This document shows, piece after piece, positions 1 through 7,566 of a stretch of 32,000 bases of DNA. Where the stretch lies: contig NZ_JAAKGI010000025.1 in assembly GCF_011762485.1 (NCBI RefSeq), forward strand, positions 13,228 to 45,227. Direction: 5' to 3'. Source of the stretch: Yeosuana marina (GTDB taxonomy: Bacteria > Bacteroidota > Bacteroidia > Flavobacteriales > Flavobacteriaceae). Every line of letters starts with the position of its first letter. The first letter of the stretch is position 1. The position numbers and the translations under genes were made by a program. Below the pieces are notes generated by a model. It saw nothing but the letters and a program-made list of their open reading frames with translations, did not search any database and was not told the DNA's origin.

Positions 1-768
1 TGGCGTTCCAACTCCCATTAAATATCTTGGTTTGTCTTCTGGCAAAATACCACACACAACTTCTGTCATGGCGTACATTTCTTCTGCTGGTTCTCCTACA
101 GATAACCCTCCAATAGCATTTCCTTCTGCACCCGCATTAGCAATATATTCGGCCGATTGGATTCGTAAATCTTTATACGTACTTCCTTGTACTATGGGGA
201 AAAATGCTTGATTATAACCGTATTTTAAAGGTGTTCTCTTTAAGTGATTTATGCATCTATCTAACCACCTATGGGTCATATGCATTGATCGTTTTGCATA
301 ATGATAATCACATGGATAGGGTGTACATTCATCAAAAGCCATGATAATATCGGCACCTATACTACGTTGAATTTCCATCACATTTTCTGGAGTAAACGTA
401 TGATAACTTCCATCTATATGCGATTTAAATTTAACACCTTCTTCCTTAATTTTTCTATTAGCAGATAACGAATACACTTGGTATCCTCCAGAATCGGTCA
501 AAATATTCCGATCCCAGTTCATGAATTTATGAAGACCTCCAGCTTTTTCTAAAGTATCCGTTTGAGGACGAAGGTATAAATGATAGGTATTCCCAAGGAT
601 AATATCTGGATTAATATCATTTTTAAGTTCTCGTTGATGGACTCCTTTTACAGATGCCACGGTTCCAACCGGCATAAAAATAGGTGTCTCAATGTTACCA
701 TGGTCTGTAATTATCACCCCTGCTCTAGCCTTACTTTGTAAATCCTTGGCTTTTAATTCAAATTTCAT
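1..768 (-). CDS. tgt: queuine tRNA-ribosyltransferase (tRNA-guanine transglycosylase), first 256 codons; the 3' end lies beyond the window edge
   Basis: Open at the window edge, so absent from the ORF track. Reverse-strand translation from ATG (766-768) reads MKFELKAKDLQSKARAGVIITDHGNIETPIFMPVGT... It is still in frame at nt 1 (...KPRYLMGVGTP), which is the typical Tgt sequence. Confidence 0.9.
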   Translation of the reverse strand, partial: MKFELKAKDLQSKARAGVIITDHGNIETPIFMPVGTVASVKGVHQRELKNDINPDIILGNTYHLYLRPQTDTLEKAGGLHKFMNWDRNILTDSGGYQVYSLSANRKIKEEGVKFKSHIDGSYHTFTPENVMEIQRSIGADIIMAFDECTPYPCDYHYAKRSMHMTHRWLDRCINHLKRTPLKYGYNQAFFPIVQGSTYKDLRIQSAEYIANAGAEGNAIGGLSVGEPAEEMYAMTEVVCGILPEDKPRYLMGVGTP

Positions 769-977
769 ATTCAAAAATTCATCAGTCGGCAAACCTACAT
801 ATTTTTTTAATTTTAATTTAATTTTATCCTATTAATATGTTGAATTACGCATTCAAATTTTTCTAAATCAAAACTTAGAAGTAATGATAATTAAACAATA
901 ATTATCTTGATTGTTATTAACAAAAAACAAACTTGTTAACACAAACAATGCCAAGACTTAAAATAGCACATTATAAG

Positions 978-1008
978 TTTGTAAAACTACCATAATAACT
1001 TATTTTTG
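978..1008 (+). promoter_or_regulatory. Bacteroidota-type sigma-A promoter for the transketolase genes
   Basis: TTTG (978-981), 19-nt spacer, TATTTTTG (1001-1008). This exactly fits the TTG / TAnnTTTG (-33/-7) consensus and lies 27 nt upstream of ATG 1035. Confidence 0.5.
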
Positions 1009-1034
1009 TCGCGTTTAAAACAAACCATTAAGAC

Positions 1035-1880
1035 ATGCTAAACACACAACAATTAAAAGATTTAACCACTCAAGTTAGAAGAGACATCTTGAGAATGGTT
1101 CACAAAGTAAATTCTGGTCACCCAGGAGGTTCATTAGGTTGCACCGAATTTCTAGTAACCTTATATAATAATATTATGGACAGAAAAGAGGGCTTTGATA
1201 TGGATGGTATTGGAGAAGATCTTTTCTTTTTATCGAACGGGCATATTTCTCCTGTTTTTTATAGTGTGTTAGCAAGAGTAGGTTATTTTCCTGTTGAAGA
1301 ATTAAGCACGTTCAGATTAATAGATTCTCGTTTACAAGGGCACCCAACCACGCACGAAGAATTACCAGGTGTAAGAATAGCTTCTGGTTCTTTAGGTCAA
1401 GGCATGTCTGTTGCTTTAGGAGCAGCACAAGCTAAAAAAATGAATGGTGACAGCCATTTAGTTTACTCTCTTCATGGTGATGGCGAATTACAAGAGGGAC
1501 AAAATTGGGAAGCCATTATGTATGCTTCTGCAAAAAAAGTAGACAACCTTATTTCTACAATAGACTTAAACGGACAACAAATTGATGGCTCGACTGATGA
1601 TGTATTACCAATGGGAAGTATCAAAGCAAAATTCGAAGCTTTTGGTTGGATCGTTATTGACATTGAAGAAGGAAATAATATTGATGCTATTTTAAAAGGA
1701 ATGGCTGAAGCAAAATCAAAAACCGGACAAGGAAAACCAGTATGTGTTTTGTTAAAAACAGTGATGGGTAATGGAGTTGATTTTATGATGTACACACACG
1801 AGTGGCATGGTAAAGCTCCAAATGATGAGCAATTAGCTATTGGATTAGCGCAAAACCCTGAAACTTTAGGAGATTATTAA
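1035..1880 (+). CDS. transketolase, N-terminal (TPP-binding) subunit of a split transketolase
   Basis: 281 aa with GHPGGSLG and [13 protein letters not shown] thiamine-diphosphate binding motifs. The C-terminal subunit gene follows 20 nt later. Confidence 0.9.
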   Translation: MLNTQQLKDLTTQVRRDILRMVHKVNSGHPGGSLGCTEFLVTLYNNIMDRKEGFDMDGIGEDLFFLSNGHISPVFYSVLARVGYFPVEELSTFRLIDSRLQGHPTTHEELPGVRIASGSLGQGMSVALGAAQAKKMNGDSHLVYSLHGDGELQEGQNWEAIMYASAKKVDNLISTIDLNGQQIDGSTDDVLPMGSIKAKFEAFGWIVIDIEEGNNIDAILKGMAEAKSKTGQGKPVCVLLKTVMGNGVDFMMYTHEWHGKAPNDEQLAIGLAQNPETLGDY

Positions 1881-1900
1881 TTCCCAATCAAAAAAATAAA

Positions 1901-2854
1901 ATGAAAACATATACATACACAGAAAAGAAAGATACAAGAAGTGGTTTTGGAGCTGGTTTAGCTGAATTGGGAAGAACAAACCCAAATGTTGTGGCACTTT
2001 GTGCTGATTTAACACCATCCTTAAAAATGGGTGAGTTTATTAAAGAAAACCCAGATCGTTTTTTCCAAATAGGAATTGCCGAAGCTAATATGATGGGTAT
2101 TGCAGCTGGTTTAACCATTGGCGGAAAAATTCCATTCACCGGGACCTTTGCAAACTTTTCGACAGGTCGTGTTTACGACCAAATACGTCAATCTATTGCT
2201 TATTCTGGTAAAAATGTAAAAATATGTGCATCACATGCCGGATTAACACTTGGAGAAGATGGCGCAACTCACCAAATTTTAGAAGATATAGGATTAATGA
2301 AAATGCTTCCAGGCATGGTCGTAATAAATCCTTGTGATTATAACCAAACAAAAGCAGCAACTATAGCCATTGCCGATTATGAAGGGCCTGTTTACTTACG
2401 TTTTGGAAGACCTTCAGTGCCTATTTTTACACCTGCAGACCAAACTTTTGAAATAGGTAAAGCTATTAAATTAACAGAAGGAACCGATGTTACTATTGTG
2501 GCTACTGGCCATTTAGTATGGGAAGCTTTAGAAGCTTCAAAAGTATTATTTGAAAAGGGTATTTCTGCTGAAGTTATAAATATTCATACCATAAAACCTT
2601 TGGATGAAACTGCTATTTTAGAATCTGTTTCTAAAACAGGATGCATTGTGACTGCCGAAGAGCACAATGTTTTGGGGGGCTTAGGAGAAAGTGTGGCTAG
2701 AGTTTTAGCTTTAAACAACCCAACACCACAAGAATTTGTAGGAACCAACGATACGTTTGGTGAATCTGGTACACCAGCCCAACTTATGGATAAATATGAA
2801 TTAAATAGTGCTGCTATTGTTTTAAAAGCAGAAAACGTTATTAAAAGAAAATAA
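1901..2854 (+). CDS. transketolase, C-terminal (pyrimidine-binding) subunit
   Basis: 317 aa with [16 protein letters not shown] and [17 protein letters not shown] motifs typical of the transketolase/DXS central domain. Co-oriented with and adjacent to the N-terminal subunit gene. Confidence 0.9.
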   Translation: MKTYTYTEKKDTRSGFGAGLAELGRTNPNVVALCADLTPSLKMGEFIKENPDRFFQIGIAEANMMGIAAGLTIGGKIPFTGTFANFSTGRVYDQIRQSIAYSGKNVKICASHAGLTLGEDGATHQILEDIGLMKMLPGMVVINPCDYNQTKAATIAIADYEGPVYLRFGRPSVPIFTPADQTFEIGKAIKLTEGTDVTIVATGHLVWEALEASKVLFEKGISAEVINIHTIKPLDETAILESVSKTGCIVTAEEHNVLGGLGESVARVLALNNPTPQEFVGTNDTFGESGTPAQLMDKYELNSAAIVLKAENVIKRK

Positions 2855-2908
2855 TATTTGTTTGGCAACGTTTTTGATTAAGTAAATCAGAATCTAAAAA
2901 CGAATATT

Positions 2909-3526
2909 ATGAAAAATTTAAAAAGTAAATTCAATGCGAGTAAAAAATTATTTTTTCTCGCATTATTTTTTGTGTCGATTTCAGCAACTACTTTTGCTCA
3001 AACCGGAAGTGGCTTTGGTATTAAAGCGGGTTTAAACTACAATTCAAATGGAACTTATTTTGAGTCTATTAGCTCAAATGCAAAACATCCTGACAGGAAC
3101 ATAGGATACCACCTAGGTGTTTTTGGAAAAATAGGGAATCAACTCTATTTTAGACCAGAATTAGTTTACACAAGTACTAAAAGTGACTATGCCAATGATA
3201 GTTTTAAAATGCAAAAACTTGATGCTCCTTTATTGGTAGGCTTAAAAGTTCTTGGTCCTATTAATGTATTTGCTGGCCCCTCTTTTCAATATATATTAGA
3301 CACAAAATTTGATGGCATTGCTATTAATGATGTTAAGAATGATTTTTCTGTTGGACTCAACTTTGGTATTGGTTTAAGTCTAAATAAAATAGGCGTTGAT
3401 TTACGCTATGAACGTGGTTTTAGTGAAAATGAAGCTAAGTTTGTTAACAATATTGGATTAACTGATCCAAGTCGAATAGACACTAGACCAGATCAACTTA
3501 TTTTAAGTTTATCACTTAAACTTTAA
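2909..3526 (+). CDS. outer-membrane beta-barrel protein (porin-family / OmpA-like barrel)
   Basis: 205 aa with signal peptide MKNLKSKF...SATTFAQ. Repeated amphipathic strands (GIKAGLNY, GYHLGVFG, FSVGLNFGIGLSL, GVDLRYERGF) are typical of small Bacteroidota barrel proteins. Confidence 0.7.
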   Translation: MKNLKSKFNASKKLFFLALFFVSISATTFAQTGSGFGIKAGLNYNSNGTYFESISSNAKHPDRNIGYHLGVFGKIGNQLYFRPELVYTSTKSDYANDSFKMQKLDAPLLVGLKVLGPINVFAGPSFQYILDTKFDGIAINDVKNDFSVGLNFGIGLSLNKIGVDLRYERGFSENEAKFVNNIGLTDPSRIDTRPDQLILSLSLKL

Positions 3527-3547
3527 AAGCTTGAGTTTATATAAAAC

Positions 3548-3575
3548 AAAAAACCTTGCAAATGCAAGGTTTTTT
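3548..3575. terminator. bidirectional rho-independent terminator between convergent genes
   Basis: AAAAAACCTTGCA-AAT-GCAAGGTTTTTT. A 6-bp GC-containing stem (CCTTGC/GCAAGG) is flanked by an A-run and a T-run, so it reads as hairpin plus U-run on both strands. Confidence 0.6.
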
Positions 3576-3597
3576 GTTTTATTAAATTATAATTGTT

Positions 3598-4596
3598 CTA
3601 ATTGGTGGGATCTAAATAGTCTGGAGTGCCATCACCATCTGTATCAGTAAACGTTATAACTGTTCCTGTATACGTGCCATCTTGCTCTTTGACAATTTTA
3701 TTAAGAAGCACCTGATCTGATTCTAAAGTCATTGTTTTAACTTCTTCAAGTGTTGGCTTGTTATAGGTAGTTACAACAATTTCATCTTTAGTTAAAACAC
3801 CATCACCATCATCATTATTATCAGCATAATTAGGAATGTTATCTCCATCAGTGTCGTCATCTAGAGTAAATTCTCCATCACCATTCAAATCTTCCAAATA
3901 AGAAGGAATGCCATCACCATCATTATCGTTTTGATACATTTGGAATAATTCTATTCTAAACATCAAAGGAGAATATGCTGGAATAATCGTTGTTGGTGAA
4001 GAAAAATAGGCTAATCCAGACGGCAAAAACATAACTCCAACTCCATTATTAATAAAATCTATGGTTCCATCACCAGCATCAACAAAACTTTCTGCTGTGT
4101 TAAAGTCTGGCAATACTTTACTCCAGCCTGGTACTAACGACAACAAATCAAAAGACACTGGGGTTGTTGCACTATCAAAAATAGTTTCGTCCAACAGTCT
4201 TCCTTCATAATTTACTCTTACTTTATCTGAAAATGTTGGAGAATCTCCGCCTCCTTGATTTAATTTAAGAATATAAAAATCATAATCTGTTTCTGCATAT
4301 ACAACACTCTTTTTTTCGACGGCATCCATAAGCAACGTACTTCCATCTGGAACAGTTTGGCCATCAGAAAGCTCTGTTATTACTAAATCATCAATACTTG
4401 GGTCCGGATTTGAAACAAAGTCACTTGAGTTATAATAATGAGTTTCTAAATATCCTACGATTGAATCATTATCAATAATTTGTTGTTCGCCTCTATCTCT
4501 TGGTGGTGTTACTTCTACCGAATTATTATCTTTTTTACAAGATAAAAAACCAAGAGTTAAACATAAAATATATAAAGTGACTTTTCTTATTCTCAT
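3598..4596 (-). CDS. FKBP-like (peptidyl-prolyl isomerase fold) lipoprotein with thrombospondin type-3-like Ca-binding repeats
   Basis: 332 aa. Lipoprotein signal MRIRKVTLYILCLTLGFLSC. FKBP-like pattern VRVNYEGRLLDETIFDS...VPGWSKVL...FLPSGLAY. Asp-rich repeats NDNDGDGIPSY, DLNGDGEF, DTDGDNIPNY, NNDDGDGV and DTDGDGTPDYLD. Confidence 0.6.
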   Translation of the reverse strand: MRIRKVTLYILCLTLGFLSCKKDNNSVEVTPPRDRGEQQIIDNDSIVGYLETHYYNSSDFVSNPDPSIDDLVITELSDGQTVPDGSTLLMDAVEKKSVVYAETDYDFYILKLNQGGGDSPTFSDKVRVNYEGRLLDETIFDSATTPVSFDLLSLVPGWSKVLPDFNTAESFVDAGDGTIDFINNGVGVMFLPSGLAYFSSPTTIIPAYSPLMFRIELFQMYQNDNDGDGIPSYLEDLNGDGEFTLDDDTDGDNIPNYADNNDDGDGVLTKDEIVVTTYNKPTLEEVKTMTLESDQVLLNKIVKEQDGTYTGTVITFTDTDGDGTPDYLDPTN

Positions 4597-4678
4597 TATT
4601 GCTTATTTTTGAGGTCGCAAGATACAATTTAAATATAATTTTGCATAACAACATTAACGTAGTTTTCACATTAAAAAT

Positions 4679-5062
4679 ATGCGAATAGATAAGTATTTAT
4701 GGTGTATTAGGTATTACAAAACAAGATCACTTGCAACTACCGCCTGTAAAAAAGGACATGTGAGAGTTAATAATGAAATTGTTAAACCTAGCCGAGATGT
4801 TTACCCACAAGACCAAATTGATTTAAGAAAAGATCAAATTAACTACAAACTGATTGTTAACGACATTCCTGAAAGTAGAGTTGGTGCTAAACTTGTGGAT
4901 ATTTACAGAACCGATAAAACACCTAAAGAGCAATTTGAAGCTCAAGAACTTTTAAAGTATTCAAAAGACTATTACAGAAAGAAAGGGGCTGGCAGACCTA
5001 CAAAAAAAGATAGAAGAGATATTGATGATTATACAGATGAACCATCGGATACTGAACTTTAA
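4679..5062 (+). CDS. S4-domain RNA-binding protein (Hsp15/HslR-like)
   Basis: 127 aa. N-terminal MRIDKYLWCIRYYKTRSLATTACKKGHVRVNNEIVKPSRDV matches the S4 alpha-L motif. The C-terminal tail is basic. Confidence 0.75.
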   Translation: MRIDKYLWCIRYYKTRSLATTACKKGHVRVNNEIVKPSRDVYPQDQIDLRKDQINYKLIVNDIPESRVGAKLVDIYRTDKTPKEQFEAQELLKYSKDYYRKKGAGRPTKKDRRDIDDYTDEPSDTEL

Positions 5063-5161
5063 TAAAAAAAAGACTACATTGATGTTCAACCTATCCATTG
5101 AAAAAATAAAATAGCCAGAGAAAATTGAGTAATTTTATACTTTAATTTAATATAAGTAATT

Positions 5162-5665
5162 ATGACCGTTGAAAAGAACATTATACTAACGCACAATCAA
5201 ATTAATAATAAGATTAGACGTATTGCTTTTCAGATATACGAAAACAACGTAAATGAAAAAGAAATTATTTTAGCTGGCATTGATAAAAACGGATTCATAT
5301 TTGCAAAAAAACTAAAAACTGCTCTGCTGAAAATTTCTGATATTAATCCAATACTTTGTAAAGTAAGCATCAATAAAAAAAATCCTTTAGAAGACATAAA
5401 AACTTCTCTCCCTTCAAATGAGTACGAAAATAAATCTTTAATCTTGGTTGATGATGTTTTAAACTCTGGAACGACTTTAATTTATGGTGTCAAACATTTT
5501 TTAAACGTCCCTCTAAAACAATTTAAAACAGCCGTACTTGTTAATAGAAACCATAAAAAGTATCCTGTAAAAGCAGATTTTAAAGGCATATCTCTTTCTA
5601 CCTCTTTACATGAACATGTTCATATTATGCTAGAAGGCAAAGTGTTTGAGGCTTATTTAGATTAA
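5162..5665 (+). CDS. phosphoribosyltransferase-family protein
   Basis: 167 aa with the PRPP-binding loop LILVDDVLNSGTTL. Its stop overlaps the aroK stop (TTAA at 5662-5665). Confidence 0.7.
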   Translation: MTVEKNIILTHNQINNKIRRIAFQIYENNVNEKEIILAGIDKNGFIFAKKLKTALLKISDINPILCKVSINKKNPLEDIKTSLPSNEYENKSLILVDDVLNSGTTLIYGVKHFLNVPLKQFKTAVLVNRNHKKYPVKADFKGISLSTSLHEHVHIMLEGKVFEAYLD

Positions 5666-6183
5666 GTTAAATATGATACTATTTCTTTAGCAATTTTATT
5701 TCTAGATTTATTGTCGATAGAAATTTTAAAATTGGCCTGTTCATAATAAGGAGCTCTTTCAAACAAATGTTTGCCTATAAATTCGGTTAACTCATCTTCT
5801 GTTTCCAAATGTGCAATTAGTGGACGTTTACTTTTTCTTGTTTTTAGTCTATTAACTAAAAAAGAAATAGACGCTTTTAAATAGAAACTTTTAACGTGAC
5901 TTGCATTTTGTATTATAGACATGTTTTTACCATAACAAGGTGTACCCCCTCCTAATGAGAGTATCACATTATTTTTTGTATCTATTATTTCATTTAAAAA
6001 TAACGTTTCTAGCTTCCTAAAATATATTTCGCCTTTGTTTTTAAAAATATTTTGAACAGATATTCCTTCATTACTTTCAATATAACTATCTAAATCAATA
6101 AAATCGTAATGTAACTTTTCTGCTAAAATCTTTCCAATAGTCGACTTTCCTGAAGCCATATACCCAATTAAAATTACAATCAT
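5662..6183 (-). CDS. aroK: shikimate kinase
   Basis: 173 aa with Walker A GYMASGKSTIG at the N-terminus and LSLGGGTPCY, typical of AroK. Confidence 0.85.
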   Translation of the reverse strand: MIVILIGYMASGKSTIGKILAEKLHYDFIDLDSYIESNEGISVQNIFKNKGEIYFRKLETLFLNEIIDTKNNVILSLGGGTPCYGKNMSIIQNASHVKSFYLKASISFLVNRLKTRKSKRPLIAHLETEDELTEFIGKHLFERAPYYEQANFKISIDNKSRNKIAKEIVSYLT

Positions 6184-6259
6184 AAACTCGCTTTGAATTG
6201 ATTATTAAAAACATACGTTAAAGCTTGACAAAAAAACAAAAAATTCTTCAAAAAAAGCC

Positions 6260-6289
6260 TTGTTTTATTAATTAAACATTTTATATTTG
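6260..6289 (+). promoter_or_regulatory. Bacteroidota-type promoter upstream of the tRNA pair
   Basis: TTG (6260-6262), 19-nt spacer, TATATTTG (6282-6289). The box ends 25 nt before tRNA-Lys. Confidence 0.5.
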
Positions 6290-6314
6290 CACCCTCATTA
6301 GAGAAAAACATTTT

Positions 6315-6387
6315 GACCTGGTAGCTCAGTTGGTAGAGCATCTCCCTTTTAAGGAGAGGGTCCTGGGTTCGAGCCCCAGCCCGGTCA
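6315..6387 (+). tRNA. tRNA-Lys (anticodon UUU)
   Basis: 73-nt cloverleaf. D arm GCTC-AGTTGGTA-GAGC. Anticodon arm TCTCC-CTTTTAA-GGAGA, with anticodon TTT at 6348-6350. T arm CTGGG-TTCGAGC-CCCAG. The acceptor stem has one T:C mismatch (5:68) and no CCA is encoded. Confidence 0.9.
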
Positions 6388-6389
6388 CT

Positions 6390-6422
6390 AAAAAAAGTTA
6401 AGCTAGTTGCTTAACTTTTTTT
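6390..6422 (+). terminator. terminator-like hairpin between the two tRNA genes
   Basis: A-run, GTTAAGC, loop TAGTT, GCTTAAC, T-run (7-bp core stem, extendable by A:T pairs). The next tRNA starts only 19 nt later. Confidence 0.4.
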
Positions 6423-6440
6423 ATTTTTACAATGTTCATT

Positions 6441-6525
6441 GCGCACGTGGCGGAATTGGTAGACGCGCTAGCTTGAGGGGCTAGTATTCGCTTAGAATGT
6501 GGAAGTTCGAATCTTCTCGTGCGCA
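6441..6525 (+). tRNA. tRNA-Leu (anticodon GAG), class II with long variable arm
   Basis: 85 nt. Acceptor GCGCACG/CGTGCGC. Anticodon arm CTAGC-TTGAGGG-GCTAG, with anticodon GAG at 6475-6477. Long variable arm, T loop TTCGAAT, no CCA encoded. Confidence 0.9.
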
Positions 6526-6576
6526 CTTTTTTTATTTAATATGTCCTAATTTATTTTTTTAGTTAATAATTTTACT

Positions 6577-6595
6577 TAGTTTTGTTTAGCTTTTT
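6577..6595 (+). promoter_or_regulatory. -7 box (TAGTTTTG) plus conserved downstream element upstream of the MerR/B12 regulator
   Basis: TAGTTTTGTTTAGCTTTTT matches TATTATTGTTTAACTTTTT (7530-7548, upstream of crtI) at 16/19 positions. The first 8 nt fit TAnnTTTG. Confidence 0.4.
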
Positions 6596-6605
6596 AGAAA
6601 CAAAG

Positions 6606-7517
6606 ATGAACAATATAAAAACTGAGTTTAGCATTAAGGATTTAGAAAACCTTAGCGGTATCAAAGCTCACACTATACGGATTTGGGAAAAACGTTACAA
6701 TTTATTGCACCCCAAGAGAACAGAAACTAACATTAGATATTATTCTACAGAAAGTCTTCAAAAGATTTTAAATGTTTCTTTTTTGAATAGTAATGGTTAT
6801 AAAATATCTAAAATTTCAAATTTAAAGGAGGCAGATATTTCAGCGCTTGTAAAGGAAGTCGCTGCAAAAGAAAAAAAGTTAGATGATAATTCTATAAATG
6901 ATTTCAAACTTGCCATGTTGACTTTTGATCAACAATTATTTTCTAAAACATACAAAGAACTAATTAAAGTAAAATCATTTAAAGAAATATTTTATGAAAC
7001 TTTTATACCATTCTTAGGTGAAATAGGTCTGTTATGGCAAACAGACACGATTACTCCAGCTCACGAGCATTTTATTTCTACTCGAATAAAACAAAAAATA
7101 TTACTAAATATTGAAAAGGCACAATCATTAAATAATGATGTTGATAATAAAAAAACGTTTGTGTTTTTTCTTCCAGAGAATGAAATTCATGATATAGGTT
7201 TGTTATTCATTAATTATGAATTAATCAGTAACGGCTACCAAACTATATTTTTAGGCCAAAGCATTCCCACTACTAGTTTAAAAGATTTATTAGAATTTTA
7301 TAAAGAAATCATATTTATAACATTCATGACTGTAAAGCCAGAACAAGAAGATCTTAAAAATTATTTAGAACAATTTCAAGAAACACTTCTAAAAGGAAAT
7401 AAAAATGAATTATGGATTCTTGGCAATATGTTAAAATATTTAGATTTGAATTCTCTTCCAAATCACATTACTGGGTTTACATCCATAGAAACTTTAGTAA
7501 AAAACTTAAAAATTTAA
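6606..7517 (+). CDS. MerR-family transcriptional regulator with C-terminal cobalamin-binding domain (CarH/LitR-like)
   Basis: MerR HTH (FSIKDLENLSGIKAHTIRIWEKRYNLL). W-x9-E-H (W at 7035-7037, EH at 7065-7070) and ENEIHDIG (His at 7188-7190). The ORF track starts at TTG 6582, but ATG 6606 (MNNIKTEF) is preferred because the TTG sits inside the -7 box. Confidence 0.8.
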   Translation: MNNIKTEFSIKDLENLSGIKAHTIRIWEKRYNLLHPKRTETNIRYYSTESLQKILNVSFLNSNGYKISKISNLKEADISALVKEVAAKEKKLDDNSINDFKLAMLTFDQQLFSKTYKELIKVKSFKEIFYETFIPFLGEIGLLWQTDTITPAHEHFISTRIKQKILLNIEKAQSLNNDVDNKKTFVFFLPENEIHDIGLLFINYELISNGYQTIFLGQSIPTTSLKDLLEFYKEIIFITFMTVKPEQEDLKNYLEQFQETLLKGNKNELWILGNMLKYLDLNSLPNHITGFTSIETLVKNLKI

Positions 7518-7529
7518 GTTAAAAATACG

Positions 7530-7566
7530 TATTATTGTTTAACTTTTTTATACATTTGTTAAACAT
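7530..7566 (+). promoter_or_regulatory. candidate crtI promoter/operator: near-consensus -7 box plus three tandem 10-11-bp direct repeats
   Basis: TATTATTG (7530-7537) has one mismatch to TAnnTTTG, and a second exact box TACATTTG lies at 7551-7558. The repeats are TTGTTTAACTT (7535), TTTTTATACAT (7545) and TTGTTAAACAT (7556). They abut ATG 7567. Confidence 0.35.

Noticed and set aside
1472-2868. Minus-strand ORFs 1472-1795, 1888-2139 and 2584-2868 in the ORF track
   Set aside because: They lie antisense within the two strongly supported transketolase subunit genes. Their sequences are low-complexity or odd with no motifs, so they are shadow ORFs.
5662-5665. Overlapping convergent 3' ends (TTAA at 5662-5665; 9-nt overlap of crtY and the tlpA-like gene at 11542-11550)
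   Set aside because: This is a real feature, but such compaction is common in small AT-rich genomes. Nothing suggests regulatory significance.
6582-6605. TTG-initiated N-terminal extensions proposed by the ORF track (6582 regulator; also 13774 ruvX, 18669 tsaC, 19677 cca, 26062 T9SS protein)
   Set aside because: In each case a nearby in-frame ATG gives the canonical family N-terminus or signal peptide. The extension also overlaps a promoter box or repeat arm.
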